In this document: one piece after another, positions 61,894-64,000 of the stretch
How positions within the stretch are numbered: the first letter of the stretch is position 1
Layout of the letters: each line of letters opens with the position of its first letter
From: the human T2T-CHM13v2.0 reference genome, Homo sapiens
Assembly: GCF_009914755.1 (NCBI RefSeq)
Contig: NC_060930.1
Direction: 5' to 3' (one strand)
Length of the DNA: 64,000 nucleotides
Made by a program: the position numbers and the translations under genes
The notes under the pieces: model-generated
What the model was told of the DNA's origin: nothing
What the model saw: only the letters and a program-made list of their open reading frames with translations
The model's database searches: none

Positions 61894-62910
61894 ATGGGGA
61901 AAAAACAGAACAGAAAAACTGGAAACTCTAAAACGCAGAGCGCCTCTCCTCCTCCAAAGGAACGCAGTTCCTCACCAGCAACGGAACAAAGCTGGATGGA
62001 GAATGATTTTGACGAGCTGAGAGAGGAAGGCTTCAGACGATCAAATTACTCTGAGCTACGGGAGGACATTCAAACCAAAGGCAAAGAAGTTGAAAACTTT
62101 GAAAAAAATTTAGAAGAATGTATAACTAGAATAACCAATACAGGGAAGTGCTTAAAGGAGCTGATGGAGCTGAAAACCAAGGCTCGAGAACTACGTGAAG
62201 AATGCAGAAGCCTCAGGAGCCGATGCGATCAACTGGAAGAAAGGGTATCAGCAATGGAAGATGAAATGAATGAAATAAAGCGAGAAGGGAAGTTTAGAGA
62301 AAAAAGAATAAAAAGAAATGAGCAAAGCCTCCAAGAAATATGGGACTATGTGAAAAGACCAAATCTACGTCTGATTGGTGTACCTGAAAGTGATGGGGAG
62401 AATGGAACCAAGTTGGAAAACACTCTGCAGGATATTATCCAGGAGAACTTCCCCAATCTAGCGAGGGAGGCCAACATTCAGATTCAGGAAATACAGAGAA
62501 CGCCACAAAGATACTCCTCGAGAAGAGCAACTCCAAGACACATAATTGTCAGATTCACCAAAGTTGAAATGAAGGAAAAAATGTTAAGGGCAGCCAGAGA
62601 GAAAGGTCGGGTTACCCTCAAAGGGAAGCCCATCAGACTAACAGCGGATCTCTCGGCAGAAACCCTACAAGCCAGAAGAGAGTGGGGGCCAATATTCAAC
62701 ATTCTTAAAGAAAAGAATTTTCAACCCAGAATTTCATATCCAGCCAAACTAAGCTTCATAAGTGAAGGAGAAATAAAATACTTTACAGACAAGCAAATGC
62801 TGAGAGATTTTGTCACCACCAGGCCTGCCCTAAAAGAGCTCCTGAAGGAAGCGCTAAACATGGAAAGGAACAACCGGTACCAGCCACTGCAAAATCATGC
62901 CAAAATGTAA
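61894..62910 (+). CDS. ORF1: L1 ORF1p (RNA-binding chaperone), intact 338 aa
   Basis: MGKKQNRKTGNSKTQSASPPPK...; REKG, ARR and YPAKLS motifs intact. Confidence 0.97.
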   Translation: MGKKQNRKTGNSKTQSASPPPKERSSSPATEQSWMENDFDELREEGFRRSNYSELREDIQTKGKEVENFEKNLEECITRITNTGKCLKELMELKTKARELREECRSLRSRCDQLEERVSAMEDEMNEIKREGKFREKRIKRNEQSLQEIWDYVKRPNLRLIGVPESDGENGTKLENTLQDIIQENFPNLAREANIQIQEIQRTPQRYSSRRATPRHIIVRFTKVEMKEKMLRAAREKGRVTLKGKPIRLTADLSAETLQARREWGPIFNILKEKNFQPRISYPAKLSFISEGEIKYFTDKQMLRDFVTTRPALKELLKEALNMERNNRYQPLQNHAKM

Positions 62911-62946
62911 AGACCATCGAGACTAGGAAGAAACTGCATCAACTAA

Positions 62947-64000
<1,054 letters not shown>

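Overview
This is primate (almost certainly human or great-ape) nuclear DNA: AT-rich and mostly made of interspersed repeats (L1, L2, MIR, Alu/FLAM, MaLR/ERV LTRs, Tigger/MER DNA transposons). The only recognisable protein-coding frames belong to a young L1PA2-like element at 61008-64000+. It has an intact ORF1 and antisense ORF0, an ORF2 stopped just after the endonuclease domain, and has lost its 5' YY1 site. Most other ORF-track entries are repeat-derived or chance. Features worth follow-up: (i) an ~850-bp repeat-free, CpG-retaining block dense in developmental TF motifs at ~23.3-24.15 kb (candidate conserved enhancer); (ii) a chain of phase-compatible, splice-site-bounded + strand exon candidates (23135-42893), the later ones carrying stops, suggesting a decayed multi-exon gene or spliced lncRNA that I cannot name; (iii) an L1 with an apparent 49-bp 3' transduction; (iv) a cluster of local templated inversions, foldbacks and duplications at 26-36 kb. 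Repeat family names come from recalled consensus sequences, not a database search, and boundaries of old elements are approximate. I see no firm evidence of a wholly new biological system.
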